This document shows, piece by piece, positions 1 through 9,053 of a stretch of 36,997 nucleotides of DNA. The translations under genes and the position numbers were made by a program. Numbering within the stretch: the first letter of the stretch is position 1; each line of letters opens with the position of its first letter. The DNA comes from an uncultured Bacteroidales bacterium (GTDB taxonomy: Bacteria; Bacteroidota; Bacteroidia; Bacteroidales; UBA932): NCBI GenBank assembly GCA_905236955.1, contig CAJOQW010000027.1, forward strand, positions 1 to 36,997. The letters are read 5' to 3'. Under the pieces are notes generated by a model. That model was not told where the DNA came from, made no database searches, and saw only the letters and a program-made list of their open reading frames with translations.

Positions 1-29
1 AGGATGGTCAGGAGGATTTGTACGAACAT
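1..29 (-). CDS. 5' end of a gene running off the window (MFVQILLTI...), probably membrane or secreted
   Basis: ATG at 29 on the minus strand, 7 nt downstream of TATATTTG (37-44). The N-terminus is hydrophobic, but only 9 codons are visible. Confidence 0.45.
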
Positions 30-36
30 GTGGATA

Positions 37-44
37 CAAATATA
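37..44 (-). promoter_or_regulatory. Bacteroidetes -7 promoter element (TATATTTG)
   Basis: Matches TAnnTTTG in an intergenic AT-rich segment. Confidence 0.6.
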
Positions 45-129
45 GCAATTCTTCCCGGTGGAAAAAGGAAAAAATCTTCCATAATCCGCACAGTCGGCAG
101 GATCCCGGGAGGCACCCGATGTTGCGAAG

Positions 130-214
130 CGGAGAGTGAGGGATTCGAACCCCCGGAACGTTGCCGTTCAACAGTTTTCAAGACTGCCGCCATCGACCAC
201 TCGGCCAACTCTCC
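130..214 (-). tRNA. tRNA-Ser (anticodon UGA), CCA not encoded
   Basis: Minus strand reads GGAGAGTTGGCCGAGTGGTCGATGGCGGCAGTCTTGAAAACTGTTGAACGGCAACGTTCCGGGGGTTCGAATCCCTCACTCTCCG. It has the acceptor stem GGAGAGT/ACTCTCC, anticodon loop CTTGAAA, a long variable arm, a GTTCGAATC T-arm and discriminator G. Confidence 0.97.
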
Positions 215-222
215 AAGGCCCG

Positions 223-230
223 CAAATTTA
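223..230 (-). promoter_or_regulatory. -7 promoter element for tRNA-Ser (TAAATTTG)
   Basis: TAnnTTTG 8 nt upstream of the mature tRNA 5' end. Confidence 0.7.
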
Positions 231-263
231 TACAAATTAGCGGACACTGCAAAATAATTTGTG

Positions 264-1253
264 TCAGCAGAGGGAGAGCTCCACCTGGGTGCTGACGCCG
301 TCGATGTCCACGCTGACTATCATCTTGTCCTTGGTGAGCAGCAGGACCTTGATTTTTTCCAGACCGAAGTCGTTGCGGATCACTATGGAAGTGCCGCCGT
401 TTTCCGCCCAGTCCGTGCTTATATGGATGAGCGACGACGGTGAACCGAAGTAGAATGTGGCCTTGCCGTCTTCGGTCAATTCAAGGTAGATGTTCTCGTC
501 CAGGTTGAAATGTCCGCCCCCGCATGCCATCGAATCTATTTTCCAACAGCCTGCGAACATGGAAGGATCGATTACGATGTGCGGTATTTCCTGAAGGCGG
601 CTGAGGAGGTTCGTCGAGAAGTTGTTGTCGTATGCGAAGTCGCAGACCACATCCCCGGACGGGGTCCATTCAAAGGCGAAGCCCAGGTCGAAGGAATACT
701 GCTCCTGGCCCGCGGGACGGTTGTCGTTAATATAAGACGCCCATGAACCCAGGAAGTCCTTCACTAAGTTCGAAGGATCGAGTATGGCGCTCAGGTTGAG
801 CTTGAAGCGGAAATTCTTCAGGAAATTCTCGAAGTAGTCCTCCCAGAAGTCCTCGGCATAATATTCCCAGAAGTCCTCGTCGAAGATATTGGTGCCGCTC
901 CACGTCCACCAGTCATTGGGGAAGAAACAGTCGAGGTTGGCCTCGAAAGACCCGCTTCCGCCGAAATAGAAGAGGGAGTCGCCCTTGACGTTCCAGCTGC
1001 CCTCGTCGTAAACGTAGTAGTTGCCTTCGCTGTATTTCTCGGATGTGTATGTGCCGTCACCGGCCAGGTAGATATAATCGGTCGCATTCACCGAAACTGC
1101 TTTGGAAGTACGGTATGACCGCTGCCAAACTCCCGTCAGGCGTGCGGCGCTGTCGGTGTCGTCGAAAGGACTGTTGTCCTTTTTGCAGGAAACGACCAAA
1201 GCGCTGCAGAGCAGGACGCCTGCGGCAGCGCATAAAAAATTGAAATTTTTCAT
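264..1253 (-). CDS. Hypothetical lipoprotein with two lipocalin-like beta-barrel segments
   Basis: 329 aa. SPII lipobox VVS-C followed by KKDNSPFDD. GxW motifs (LTGVWQ, FAGCWK) are each followed by a DG turn and a later Trp, as in Bacteroidetes lipocalin-like lipoproteins. Confidence 0.6.
   Translation of the reverse strand: MKNFNFLCAAAGVLLCSALVVSCKKDNSPFDDTDSAARLTGVWQRSYRTSKAVSVNATDYIYLAGDGTYTSEKYSEGNYYVYDEGSWNVKGDSLFYFGGSGSFEANLDCFFPNDWWTWSGTNIFDEDFWEYYAEDFWEDYFENFLKNFRFKLNLSAILDPSNLVKDFLGSWASYINDNRPAGQEQYSFDLGFAFEWTPSGDVVCDFAYDNNFSTNLLSRLQEIPHIVIDPSMFAGCWKIDSMACGGGHFNLDENIYLELTEDGKATFYFGSPSSLIHISTDWAENGGTSIVIRNDFGLEKIKVLLLTKDKMIVSVDIDGVSTQVELSLC
841..879. repeat. 15-bp direct repeat with 24-bp period (TCCCAGAAGTCCTCG x2) encoding EDFWE twice
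   Basis: Copies at 841-855 and 865-879. Confidence 0.8.
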
Positions 1254-1286
1254 ACCTGTTCCAACTTCAAATTTTATGCCTGCGGG

Positions 1287-2354
1287 CTACATGGAAGCGA
1301 TGGTCCCGAGCGAGCCCAGAAGGGCTGTTAACAGAAGGTCGGTAAGACCGGTCAGCAAGGGGGCGGATATACCCGCTGCTGCAAGGGCTGCGGTAGCGAT
1401 GCCACAGACCATCAGCCCCTCCGTCAGCGGCAGGGCTGTCATGTTGGTTATGAGGAAGTACTTGGGGAAAGTGCGGAAAGTGAACAATACCAGAGGGGCA
1501 GTGAAGACCTGGCAGCTCACCGAAAGGGCGACCGATTTCCAGATGAGGCGCAACGGGTCGCGTTCCCCGGCTTTCCCCGATGCCGGCGGATACCACCCCT
1601 CCAGATAAGGGAAAATCGTGAAGATGCCCAGCATGGCGAGGTATGAAAGCCGGAAGCCGACGGAAGATATGGCTTCGGGGCGGAATAACAGTTGTATCAT
1701 CAATGCGGTGCACCATACGGACAGGGGAGTCTTCCTGCGTCCAGGGTAATTGCGCGCGGTTTCGGAGAGTGTTATGAACAGGAAGGCCCTTACCAGGGAA
1801 GGTGAGGCTCCGGTCATGAACACGTAGAAGGCGGAGAAGGCGACTATTATGCAGGACCGCAGTGCGGCGGCTGCCCGCGAGTTTCCCAGAAAAGCCAGCA
1901 ATTTGCTTATGATCAGGTAGATTATGCCGAGGTGAAGGCCGCTGAGAGCCAGGATGTGCGAGGCCCCGGCTGCCCTGAAAGCCGAAACGGTATCCCTGGC
2001 CAGGCCCTCTTTCTGTCCGGTGAGAAGGGCCAGGAGCAGGGCGTTCGTCTCGGGATGGCGGAAGCTTATGGATTTGATGACAGCCGTCAGTTCGCCCAGC
2101 ACAGGGGAGGCCGTCTCTTTCCTGGGGAACGGGATCATCCCCCGGGTGGCATGGCAGAGCGCCCCCAGGGCGAAGAACAGGACCACGAGGACGGCCGCCG
2201 TACGTCCATGGCTCCTGCAGGCGGCGACGAAGCAGATGGCTGCAAGCGCCGTTGCTGCAACGCAGACCACGGAGGGGGAGCCTGTCGCTGCGGCGGCCGC
2301 CACTCCCGCCGTGAAAGGCGGTGCGATGTACATTATCCCGGGCCTGTCCGTCAT
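1287..2354 (-). CDS. comEC: ComEC/Rec2 family competence protein (compact, membrane Competence domain)
   Basis: Motifs ALLTG, GASHILALSGLHLG, TGASPSLVRA and GFRLSY, with many TM segments. Confidence 0.85.
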   Translation of the reverse strand: MTDRPGIMYIAPPFTAGVAAAAATGSPSVVCVAATALAAICFVAACRSHGRTAAVLVVLFFALGALCHATRGMIPFPRKETASPVLGELTAVIKSISFRHPETNALLLALLTGQKEGLARDTVSAFRAAGASHILALSGLHLGIIYLIISKLLAFLGNSRAAAALRSCIIVAFSAFYVFMTGASPSLVRAFLFITLSETARNYPGRRKTPLSVWCTALMIQLLFRPEAISSVGFRLSYLAMLGIFTIFPYLEGWYPPASGKAGERDPLRLIWKSVALSVSCQVFTAPLVLFTFRTFPKYFLITNMTALPLTEGLMVCGIATAALAAAGISAPLLTGLTDLLLTALLGSLGTIASM

Positions 2355-2359
2355 GCCGC

Positions 2360-2367
2360 CAAAGGTA
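2360..2367 (-). promoter_or_regulatory. -7 element (TACCTTTG) 5 nt upstream of the comEC ATG
   Basis: Minus strand reads TACCTTTG-GCGGC-ATG. Confidence 0.6.
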
Positions 2368-2463
2368 GGATGAAGGATTATCAGAAAAGGGGTAAAACCC
2401 AGAGTAAAAGTTGAATTTTAATGTTTTCGCGGGCAAATAATTTTAATATCTGAAAATTCGGAG

Positions 2464-2471
2464 TAAATTTG
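2464..2471 (+). promoter_or_regulatory. -7 element (TAAATTTG) for the ackA operon
   Basis: TAnnTTTG 20 nt upstream of ATG 2492. Confidence 0.65.
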
Positions 2472-2491
2472 CGAGATTTTAGTACAAGACA

Positions 2492-3706
2492 ATGATAATC
2501 CTCGTAATCAACTGTGGCAGCTCTTCCATCAAGTACAGGCTGATGGACATGAAGAGCGACGACGTGTATGATATCCTCGCCAAGGGTATTGTGGAAAAAA
2601 TCGGTCTCCCCGAAGGCATCAGCACCTACCAGCCCACCGGCAAGAAGGCCATAACCGTGGATCTTCCCGTCCCCAACCACACGGTGGGCATGCAGCTCAT
2701 CCTTGACGACCTTGTGGACAAGGACCATGGCGTCCTGGGCAGTTTTGACGACATAGAGGCTGTCGGCCACCGTATCGTGCAGGGTGCCGATTATTTCAAC
2801 GGCAGCGCACTGGTGAATGAAGATGTCCTGAAGAAGATAGAGATCTGCGCCGAATTCGCCCCCCTGCACAACCGCGCGCACCTTCTTGGAATACGCGCCT
2901 GCCAGTCGGTGCTTCCCGATGTCCCCCAGGTGGTGGTGTTCGACACTGCCTTCCACCAGACCATGCCGGATTATGCGTATATGTACGCCCTGCCGTACGA
3001 GTATTATACCAAGTACCATGTCCGCCGTTACGGAGCCCACGGCACATCCCACAACTATGTCTCCCATGAGGGGGCCCGTTTCGCAGGCATCGACATCAAC
3101 CATTCCAAGATAGTCACCTGCCACATAGGCAGCGGCTCTTCTGTCTGCGCGGTGCTCGACGGCAAGTGCGTCGATACTTCCATGGGCTTCACCCCTCTCG
3201 AGGGCATGATAATGGGCACCCGCTGCGGCGTGATAGACCCGAACATCGTCCCCTACATCATGAAGAAGGAGAATCTCTCTCCCGACGACATGACGGATAT
3301 CATGAACAAGAAGAGCGGTTTCCTCGGCCTGAGCGGCAGGACTTCCGACGCCCGCGAACTCAACGACCTCGCCAACTCAGGCGACGCCAGGGCGAAGCTG
3401 GTCTTCAAGAAGCTCACCTACGACATCGTCAAGCTCATCGGCTCTTATGTGGCGGCCATGGACGGTATCGACCTCCTGGTGTTCACAGCCGGCATCGGCG
3501 AGCACAACAGCCGCCTTCGCCGCCGCGTATGCGAGAACCTGACATATCTGGGCATAAAGGTGGACTATGAAGCCAACATGGCTTCCGGCACCGAGGCCCT
3601 CATCTCCACTCCCGACTCCAAAGTTAAGGTGGCCCTCATCCCCACCGAAGAGGAACTGATGATCGCCCGTGACACAATGCACATCGTATCGGCTTTAGAT
3701 GAATAA
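2492..3706 (+). CDS. ackA: Acetate kinase
   Basis: Motifs ILVINCGSSSIKY, GHRIVQG, APLHN, FDTAFHQT, YGAHGTSH, DTSMGFTPLEG, FTAGIGE and EELMIA. Confidence 0.95.
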   Translation: MIILVINCGSSSIKYRLMDMKSDDVYDILAKGIVEKIGLPEGISTYQPTGKKAITVDLPVPNHTVGMQLILDDLVDKDHGVLGSFDDIEAVGHRIVQGADYFNGSALVNEDVLKKIEICAEFAPLHNRAHLLGIRACQSVLPDVPQVVVFDTAFHQTMPDYAYMYALPYEYYTKYHVRRYGAHGTSHNYVSHEGARFAGIDINHSKIVTCHIGSGSSVCAVLDGKCVDTSMGFTPLEGMIMGTRCGVIDPNIVPYIMKKENLSPDDMTDIMNKKSGFLGLSGRTSDARELNDLANSGDARAKLVFKKLTYDIVKLIGSYVAAMDGIDLLVFTAGIGEHNSRLRRRVCENLTYLGIKVDYEANMASGTEALISTPDSKVKVALIPTEEELMIARDTMHIVSALDE

Positions 3707-4625
3707 CACTATGATAGCTAATTTCAATGACCTTTTCGCAGAACTCAAGGCTAAACAGATCTGCAAGAAACTCGTCGTCGCTTGGGGCGTCGATGAACAT
3801 TCCATCGAAGCCGCCTACAAGGCGGTCGAGGCCGGTTTCGTGTCTGCCACCCTCGTGGGCGACGGAACCCTCATCAATGACGTCTGTGCCAGGAACGGCC
3901 TGGATGTCGCCAAATTCACCGTGGTTGACAATCCGGTCGAACTGAAGGCCGTTGCCCAGGCTGTCCAAATGGTTCATGACGGCGAGGGAGACGTGCTCAT
4001 GAAGGGTCTCTGCAGCACGGACAAGTTCCTCCGCGCCATCCTCAACAAGGAGACGGGCCTCCTTCCCCCGAAGGGCCTCCTCAGCCATGTCGGAGTGATA
4101 GAGAATCCCAATTATCACAAGCTCATGTTCCTTACCGACATGGCCGTCATCCCGGCACCGGACTTCCGCGCCAAGGTAAAGGAAACCAACTACATGCTGA
4201 ACATCGCCCACAGCTTCGGCATCCCCAAGCCCAAGGTGGCCTTCATTTCGGCTACCGAGCAGATGCTCGACAGCGTTCCCTCCGCCATGGAGGCGGCAAT
4301 GCTCTCGAAGATGTGCGACCGCGGCCAGATCAAGGGTTGCATCGGCGACGGTCCCCTTGCCCTGGACGTAGCCCTCGATGAGGAAAGCGTAGCCATCAAG
4401 AAACTTGTCAGCCCGGTCGCCGGCGACGCGGACTGCCTGCTCTTCCCCAACATCGAAAGCGCCAACGTTTTCTGGAAATCCAACTCCAAGCTCTGCGGCA
4501 ATGGCGTCCGCCAGGCAGGCATCCTCGTGGGTGTCACCGCTCCCTGCGTCCTCGCCAGCCGTGCCGACACTGCCGACACCAAACTCTGCAGCATCGCCAC
4601 TGCGGTGATGAGCATCAGCAGGTAA
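3699..4625 (+). CDS. Phosphate acetyl/butyryltransferase (Ptb-like); start may be 3711
   Basis: Motifs LMKG, TDMAVIPAP, DGPLALDVA, VAGDADCLLFPNIESAN and SRAD. Overlaps the ackA stop. Confidence 0.85.
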   Translation: MNNTMIANFNDLFAELKAKQICKKLVVAWGVDEHSIEAAYKAVEAGFVSATLVGDGTLINDVCARNGLDVAKFTVVDNPVELKAVAQAVQMVHDGEGDVLMKGLCSTDKFLRAILNKETGLLPPKGLLSHVGVIENPNYHKLMFLTDMAVIPAPDFRAKVKETNYMLNIAHSFGIPKPKVAFISATEQMLDSVPSAMEAAMLSKMCDRGQIKGCIGDGPLALDVALDEESVAIKKLVSPVAGDADCLLFPNIESANVFWKSNSKLCGNGVRQAGILVGVTAPCVLASRADTADTKLCSIATAVMSISR

Positions 4626-4632
4626 AAGGGTT

Positions 4633-5748
4633 TCAATAGATATTGTTGCGTATGTAACGCCTGAAGTCGTCCTTTAGGATGTACTGCGTCCTGAACCATA
4701 CATGGCCAAAGACTCCCTTCGTGCTGCGGCAGAGGTCGATTTCGCGTTTGAACTCCAGGAAGTTCCGGTAGCCGGCTTCCTTCTTGCGCCTGTAATAGAA
4801 GGGGTCGTGCTTGTATGCTGCGATGCCCACGTAGATGTCGACTCCCAACCCCTGCCATTCCTTCAGGACCCTGGGGAAAGCGGCGAAGTCGCCCCTGTCC
4901 ATGCTCCAGTAGATCTGGGGGACCAGATAGTCGACATATCCGCCCCTTGCCCAGCGGCGGGGATCGGCATAGAGCCTTGAAGTATTTGCGATCCTGCCTG
5001 CGGGGGAGACTCCGAATTCGGCATCGGGACGTACCGCATGGACGGTTTCATACAGGGTCTTCACCACCCTGTCTATATTGCTGAAACGCCATTCCTTCAA
5101 ACTTCTGCCTCCGCCATATTCCTTGTACAGGACGGCGTCGTCCCAGAGGGAATCGTCGTCCTGAAGTCCGTCGGGATAGAAATAATCGTCGATGTGGAGG
5201 CCGTCAACGTCGTAACGCTCCATTATCTCACGGGTTATTTCGGAGAGGAACCGGGCCACTTCGGGATTGCCGGGGTCGAGATATTCCTTGCCCTTGTAGT
5301 CCTTCACCCATTCCGGGTGTATGAATTTGATGCAGTCGGAAGCCCTCGTTATGGTGTCGGACCTGCTGACCCTCAAGGGGTTGATCCATGCGTGTATCTT
5401 CATGCCATGCTCGTGTGCGGCAAGGGTCGCGATTGCCAGCGGATCGAAATAGGGGGCGATCCCTTCCACTCCGGTAAGATGCCTGCTCCACGGGAGCAAG
5501 TCGGATGAATACATGGCGTCCATCTCGCTCACAACCTGGAAGAAGACCGTATTGCATCCGGTCTTGGCCAGTTGCTCGATCATTTTTATAAGATTGGAAC
5601 GTTGGGCGAAGTGGTTCAGTTCCTTGTCGGGCCAGTCCAGCCCTTCCACCGTGGCGATCCATGCCCCGCGGAGCTCATTCCGGGGAGCTGCAGCGGCCGT
5701 GAGGCAGAAGAATAAAAGGGCCGTCAGGATGCCACGCAAGGATTTCAT
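4633..5748 (-). CDS. Glycosyl hydrolase-like 10 (GHL10/DUF187, YddW/DigH-like), secreted
   Basis: Motifs ELRGAWIATV..LDWP, HAWINPLR, YLDPGNPEV, YDVDGLHIDDYFYP and DYLVPQIYW, with an N-terminal signal peptide. Confidence 0.85.
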   Translation of the reverse strand: MKSLRGILTALLFFCLTAAAAPRNELRGAWIATVEGLDWPDKELNHFAQRSNLIKMIEQLAKTGCNTVFFQVVSEMDAMYSSDLLPWSRHLTGVEGIAPYFDPLAIATLAAHEHGMKIHAWINPLRVSRSDTITRASDCIKFIHPEWVKDYKGKEYLDPGNPEVARFLSEITREIMERYDVDGLHIDDYFYPDGLQDDDSLWDDAVLYKEYGGGRSLKEWRFSNIDRVVKTLYETVHAVRPDAEFGVSPAGRIANTSRLYADPRRWARGGYVDYLVPQIYWSMDRGDFAAFPRVLKEWQGLGVDIYVGIAAYKHDPFYYRRKKEAGYRNFLEFKREIDLCRSTKGVFGHVWFRTQYILKDDFRRYIRNNIY

Positions 5749-5752
5749 CTTC

Positions 5753-5760
5753 CAAAAATA
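5753..5760 (-). promoter_or_regulatory. -7 element (TATTTTTG) 4 nt upstream of the GHL10 ATG
   Basis: Minus strand reads TATTTTTG-GAAG-ATG. Confidence 0.65.
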
Positions 5761-5780
5761 CGAAAATAATCAGTAGGATG

Positions 5781-7034
5781 CTAATACTCGAAAAGATCCC
5801 TGGAGGGGAGTTTCGCGGAATATCTCTGCCGGCACTGGTCCAGGAAATTCTTGACGGTGCGCGAGAAGCGGGGCCCCCTCCAGTTATGGCTGTTGCTTAC
5901 AAGTATCCAGCACTCCCCGTCGGGATAATACATCACCATGGCGTTGGTACCTGAGACCGAACCGGTCCGCTGCCACCCTTCGTCGGGGTCGACGGTGTTC
6001 CAGCCAAGGCCGAATTTATGGGCGTCGCTGAAGGCCGTCATGGCCATCACGCTCTTTCTGGAGATGATGTCCGGCACTTGCGGCCGTCCGTCGATGGAGG
6101 CTACGAAACGGGCGAGTTCGGGTGTGCTGGCCACCCAGGCCCCGGCTCCTGAAAGGGCGCGGATGTCATTGCCGCCGTAGCAGCGCGCTACACTGTCGCC
6201 GCTGTTGTTGAATTCCGGTACCGGCGGGTCGTTGTCCTGCATGTAATAACGGGATTCGTTGGGATATCTTTCCTTGTAGTAATTGTATGCCAGGTGCATG
6301 TCCACGCATCCCGCAGGCTCCAGTACGTTCTCATGCATCCATTCCTCGTAAGGCATCCCGGTGACTTTCTCGATGACCATGCTCAGGAGCAGGTATCCGA
6401 AATTGGAATATTCGCTGTAGTCGCCGGGCGTATAGCCGAGTCGCCTGCCGAGCATCAACTTCACCAGGGTCTCGTGGTCGGGGGCTTCCTTGAGGTGGTT
6501 GGCGCTCATGATGTCCCTGGTCGTGAACATCGGGTCTCCGTTTCTGACCGTCAGGCCGCTTTCATGGCGAAGGAGTTGCTCGACCGTGATTTTGAGGTAG
6601 GCCTTCTCCTTGATGGCCCTTGTATAGACGGTGTCGCAGAGTATGCCGTCCTGACCGAACACCTTGTTGGAAAGGGACAATTTCCCTTCTTCCTGCAGCT
6701 TCATGATGCCGGTTGCGGTAAGGAGTTTGGAAACCGACGCTATGCGCATGATGGTGCCCGGGGACATGGGTTTCCCTTCCTCCTTGTCCGCCCATCCATA
6801 GCCTTTGGCATAGAGGAGGGAGTCATTGCGCATAACTGAGAGGGACAACCCCCTTATCCACCATTGTTGCATGAAGCGGGCCATGTCCCTGTCCAGCCTC
6901 TCGAGCCCGAGGCTGTCGGACATCTCGTTGGTTATCACGGAGTTGAGGCCTTCAATGCGGGTGCGTCCGTGATTCTTGCAGGAGGGAATGAGCAAGATCG
7001 CGGCAAAGGCCGCTAGGATCAGGAGCTTCTTCAT
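5781..7034 (-). CDS. Serine hydrolase, beta-lactamase/class C PBP fold lipoprotein
   Basis: Start reassigned to 7034 (MKKLLILAAFAAILLIPS-C lipobox, ATGA overlap with the upstream gene). Motifs: SxxK (SVSK), LLRHESG, YSN and RTG. Confidence 0.85.
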   Translation of the reverse strand: MKKLLILAAFAAILLIPSCKNHGRTRIEGLNSVITNEMSDSLGLERLDRDMARFMQQWWIRGLSLSVMRNDSLLYAKGYGWADKEEGKPMSPGTIMRIASVSKLLTATGIMKLQEEGKLSLSNKVFGQDGILCDTVYTRAIKEKAYLKITVEQLLRHESGLTVRNGDPMFTTRDIMSANHLKEAPDHETLVKLMLGRRLGYTPGDYSEYSNFGYLLLSMVIEKVTGMPYEEWMHENVLEPAGCVDMHLAYNYYKERYPNESRYYMQDNDPPVPEFNNSGDSVARCYGGNDIRALSGAGAWVASTPELARFVASIDGRPQVPDIISRKSVMAMTAFSDAHKFGLGWNTVDPDEGWQRTGSVSGTNAMVMYYPDGECWILVSNSHNWRGPRFSRTVKNFLDQCRQRYSAKLPSRDLFEY

Positions 7035-7642
7035 TTTATGAGTCCGGCTGCGCGGCCGAAACCGATGATGTAGTCGGCCGATCCCTTTATCCCCAAGACC
7101 GAGGAATTCAGGCAGAGGTCGTAGTCGGAGGATCTGCTCCATTCGCCGAAAGTGAAGAAGTTGTAATATGCCTGCCTCTCATGCTCCTTCTTCACGATCA
7201 TGGCCTCTGCTTCGGCAGGGGAGATGCCGAGCCGCTCGGCCACCCTCTTCGTCCTGTCCGCCAGGGGGGCGCAGATGAAGACGTCCAGGCACTCCATCTC
7301 GCGGAGGATGTAATTGGCTGCCCTGCCAACGAACACCGCCGGCCCCTTCTCGGCGATTTCGAGGATGACGGTGCTCTGGATCTTGAACAAGGCGTCGTCG
7401 TTGATGTAGTTCTGGGTGAGGTCCGTCGCCCGCCCCGTCCCGAGTATGTTGTGGAACAGGCGGAAGCCTTTCTTCTCGTCCCTCTTCTCGAAGAATTCCT
7501 TGCTGAAGCCGCTCTTTTCCGCGGCTTTGCCGAGCAGTTCCTTGTCGTAAACGGGTATGCCGAGGGAGTCTCCTATGGTATGGGCTATCTGGAGACCTCC
7601 GGCACCGAACTGCCGTCCGATATTGATGATTGTCTGTCCCAT
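7031..7642 (-). CDS. Cytidylate kinase-like family protein
   Basis: Motifs INIGRQFGAGG (P-loop-like), YDKELL, VFVGRAA and YDLCLNSS. Confidence 0.85.
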   Translation of the reverse strand: MGQTIINIGRQFGAGGLQIAHTIGDSLGIPVYDKELLGKAAEKSGFSKEFFEKRDEKKGFRLFHNILGTGRATDLTQNYINDDALFKIQSTVILEIAEKGPAVFVGRAANYILREMECLDVFICAPLADRTKRVAERLGISPAEAEAMIVKKEHERQAYYNFFTFGEWSRSSDYDLCLNSSVLGIKGSADYIIGFGRAAGLIK

Positions 7643-7652
7643 GGTCCTGGAA

Positions 7653-9053
7653 TCATTGTATTGTGCTGCCCAGGATGGCCGGATCGTCGCCGTCCTTGAG
7701 CCTGCTGAATTTGTGCATCAAGTTGAGGATCATTATTCCCGTTACCACGAAAGACACGGCATCGGATATCGGGAAACTGTACCAGACGCCCTTGACTCCG
7801 AGCCACAGCGGCAGGGTGTAAACGAGGGGCACAAGGAACAGGAGTTGCCTTGACAGTGACAGGAAGATGCTCTTGCCCACCATGCCCAGGCACTGGAAGA
7901 AGTTGGTTGAAACCATCTGCATGCCTATGAGAAGGAACGAGATGTTCATGATCTGAAGACCTTTGGCGCCGAGTTCCAGCAAGGTGGGATCGTTTGTGAA
8001 GATACTTACCGCCGTCTTGGGCAGGAATTCGGAAAGGATGAATCCGAAGAAGCATACGAGAGTCGCCCATCCTGCAGTCAGCAGATAAACCTTGCGGACC
8101 CTGCTGTATTTGCGTGCGCCGTAGTTGTAGCCGGCGATGGGTTGCATGCCCTGGTTGAAGCCCATCACTATCATCAGGAAGAAGAAGCTTATGCGGGAGA
8201 CTATGCCGTATGCTCCGATGGCAAGGTCGCCGCCGTATTTGCGCAGCTGCTGGTTGATGAAAAGGTTCACTATGCACGCTGCGCTGTTCATGAGGAACGG
8301 CCCCAGGCCGATGGCAAGGGAGCTGCGGGCAATTTTCCAGTCTATGCCCAGGATGCGTCTTCCGAAGTGCACCACGCGGGTTTTGTCGTTGAAGTAGCGG
8401 AGAGTGTAACAGAGTGCCAGCAACTGTGATATCACCGTGGCTATCGCCGCTCCTTTCACCCCGAGGCCAAAGGTGAAGATGAAGACGGGGTCGAGGGCTG
8501 CATTGATGAAGACGGTGAAGAGGGTAAGGCCCATGGCGGTCTTCGGGTTGCCGATGGCCCTTATCAGTCCGTTGAGGCCGAAGTACATGTGGGAAAAGAC
8601 ATTCCCTATCATTATCCAGGTAAGGTAGCCTTTGGCGAAAGGCATCGTGCGTTCGCTGGCTCCGAAGAAATACAGGATGGGCTCTTCGCAGAGTAACACC
8701 AGGACCGAGAACAAGGTTCCGAGGACAAGGTTGAGGGTGATCTCGTTGCCGAGCACCTTCTGGGCGTTGCCGTAGTTCTTCTGGCCGAGCAGGACGGAGA
8801 TGATCGTGGCAGCCCCGACACCTACGAGGGTCCCGAGGGCGGCCCCCAGGTTCATGATGGGGGCGCATATGCCTACAGCCGAAAGGGCATATGCCCCGAC
8901 AGCCTTGATGTGCCCGATATAGATGCTGTCCACCATGTTGTAGAGGGAGGTGGCCGTCATCGCTATGATGCCGGGAACGGCATACTGCCTGAGCAGCGTG
9001 CCTATGCTTCGGGTTCCGAGTTCGGTGGGGGCTCCGTTGACAGCTTCCGCCAT
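7653..9053 (-). CDS. MATE family efflux transporter (MepA-like)
   Basis: About 12 TM segments. Motifs LYNMVDSIYIG, NAALDPVFIF..GLGVKGAAIAT and QPIAGYNYGA. Confidence 0.92.
   Translation of the reverse strand: MAEAVNGAPTELGTRSIGTLLRQYAVPGIIAMTATSLYNMVDSIYIGHIKAVGAYALSAVGICAPIMNLGAALGTLVGVGAATIISVLLGQKNYGNAQKVLGNEITLNLVLGTLFSVLVLLCEEPILYFFGASERTMPFAKGYLTWIMIGNVFSHMYFGLNGLIRAIGNPKTAMGLTLFTVFINAALDPVFIFTFGLGVKGAAIATVISQLLALCYTLRYFNDKTRVVHFGRRILGIDWKIARSSLAIGLGPFLMNSAACIVNLFINQQLRKYGGDLAIGAYGIVSRISFFFLMIVMGFNQGMQPIAGYNYGARKYSRVRKVYLLTAGWATLVCFFGFILSEFLPKTAVSIFTNDPTLLELGAKGLQIMNISFLLIGMQMVSTNFFQCLGMVGKSIFLSLSRQLLFLVPLVYTLPLWLGVKGVWYSFPISDAVSFVVTGIMILNLMHKFSRLKDGDDPAILGSTIQ

Noticed and set aside
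8-257. 79-aa ORFs on both strands over the tRNA
   Set aside because: Incidental translations of the tRNA gene.
1-263. tRNA-Ser as an integration site for a genomic island
   Set aside because: No integrase and no duplicated tRNA 3' end in the window. An ordinary promoter and gene start follow the tRNA. Sequence left of the window is not visible.
5781-7034. Acquired beta-lactamase resistance gene
   Set aside because: A generic SxxK serine-hydrolase lipoprotein embedded in a housekeeping operon with no mobile context. Beta-lactamase activity cannot be inferred.
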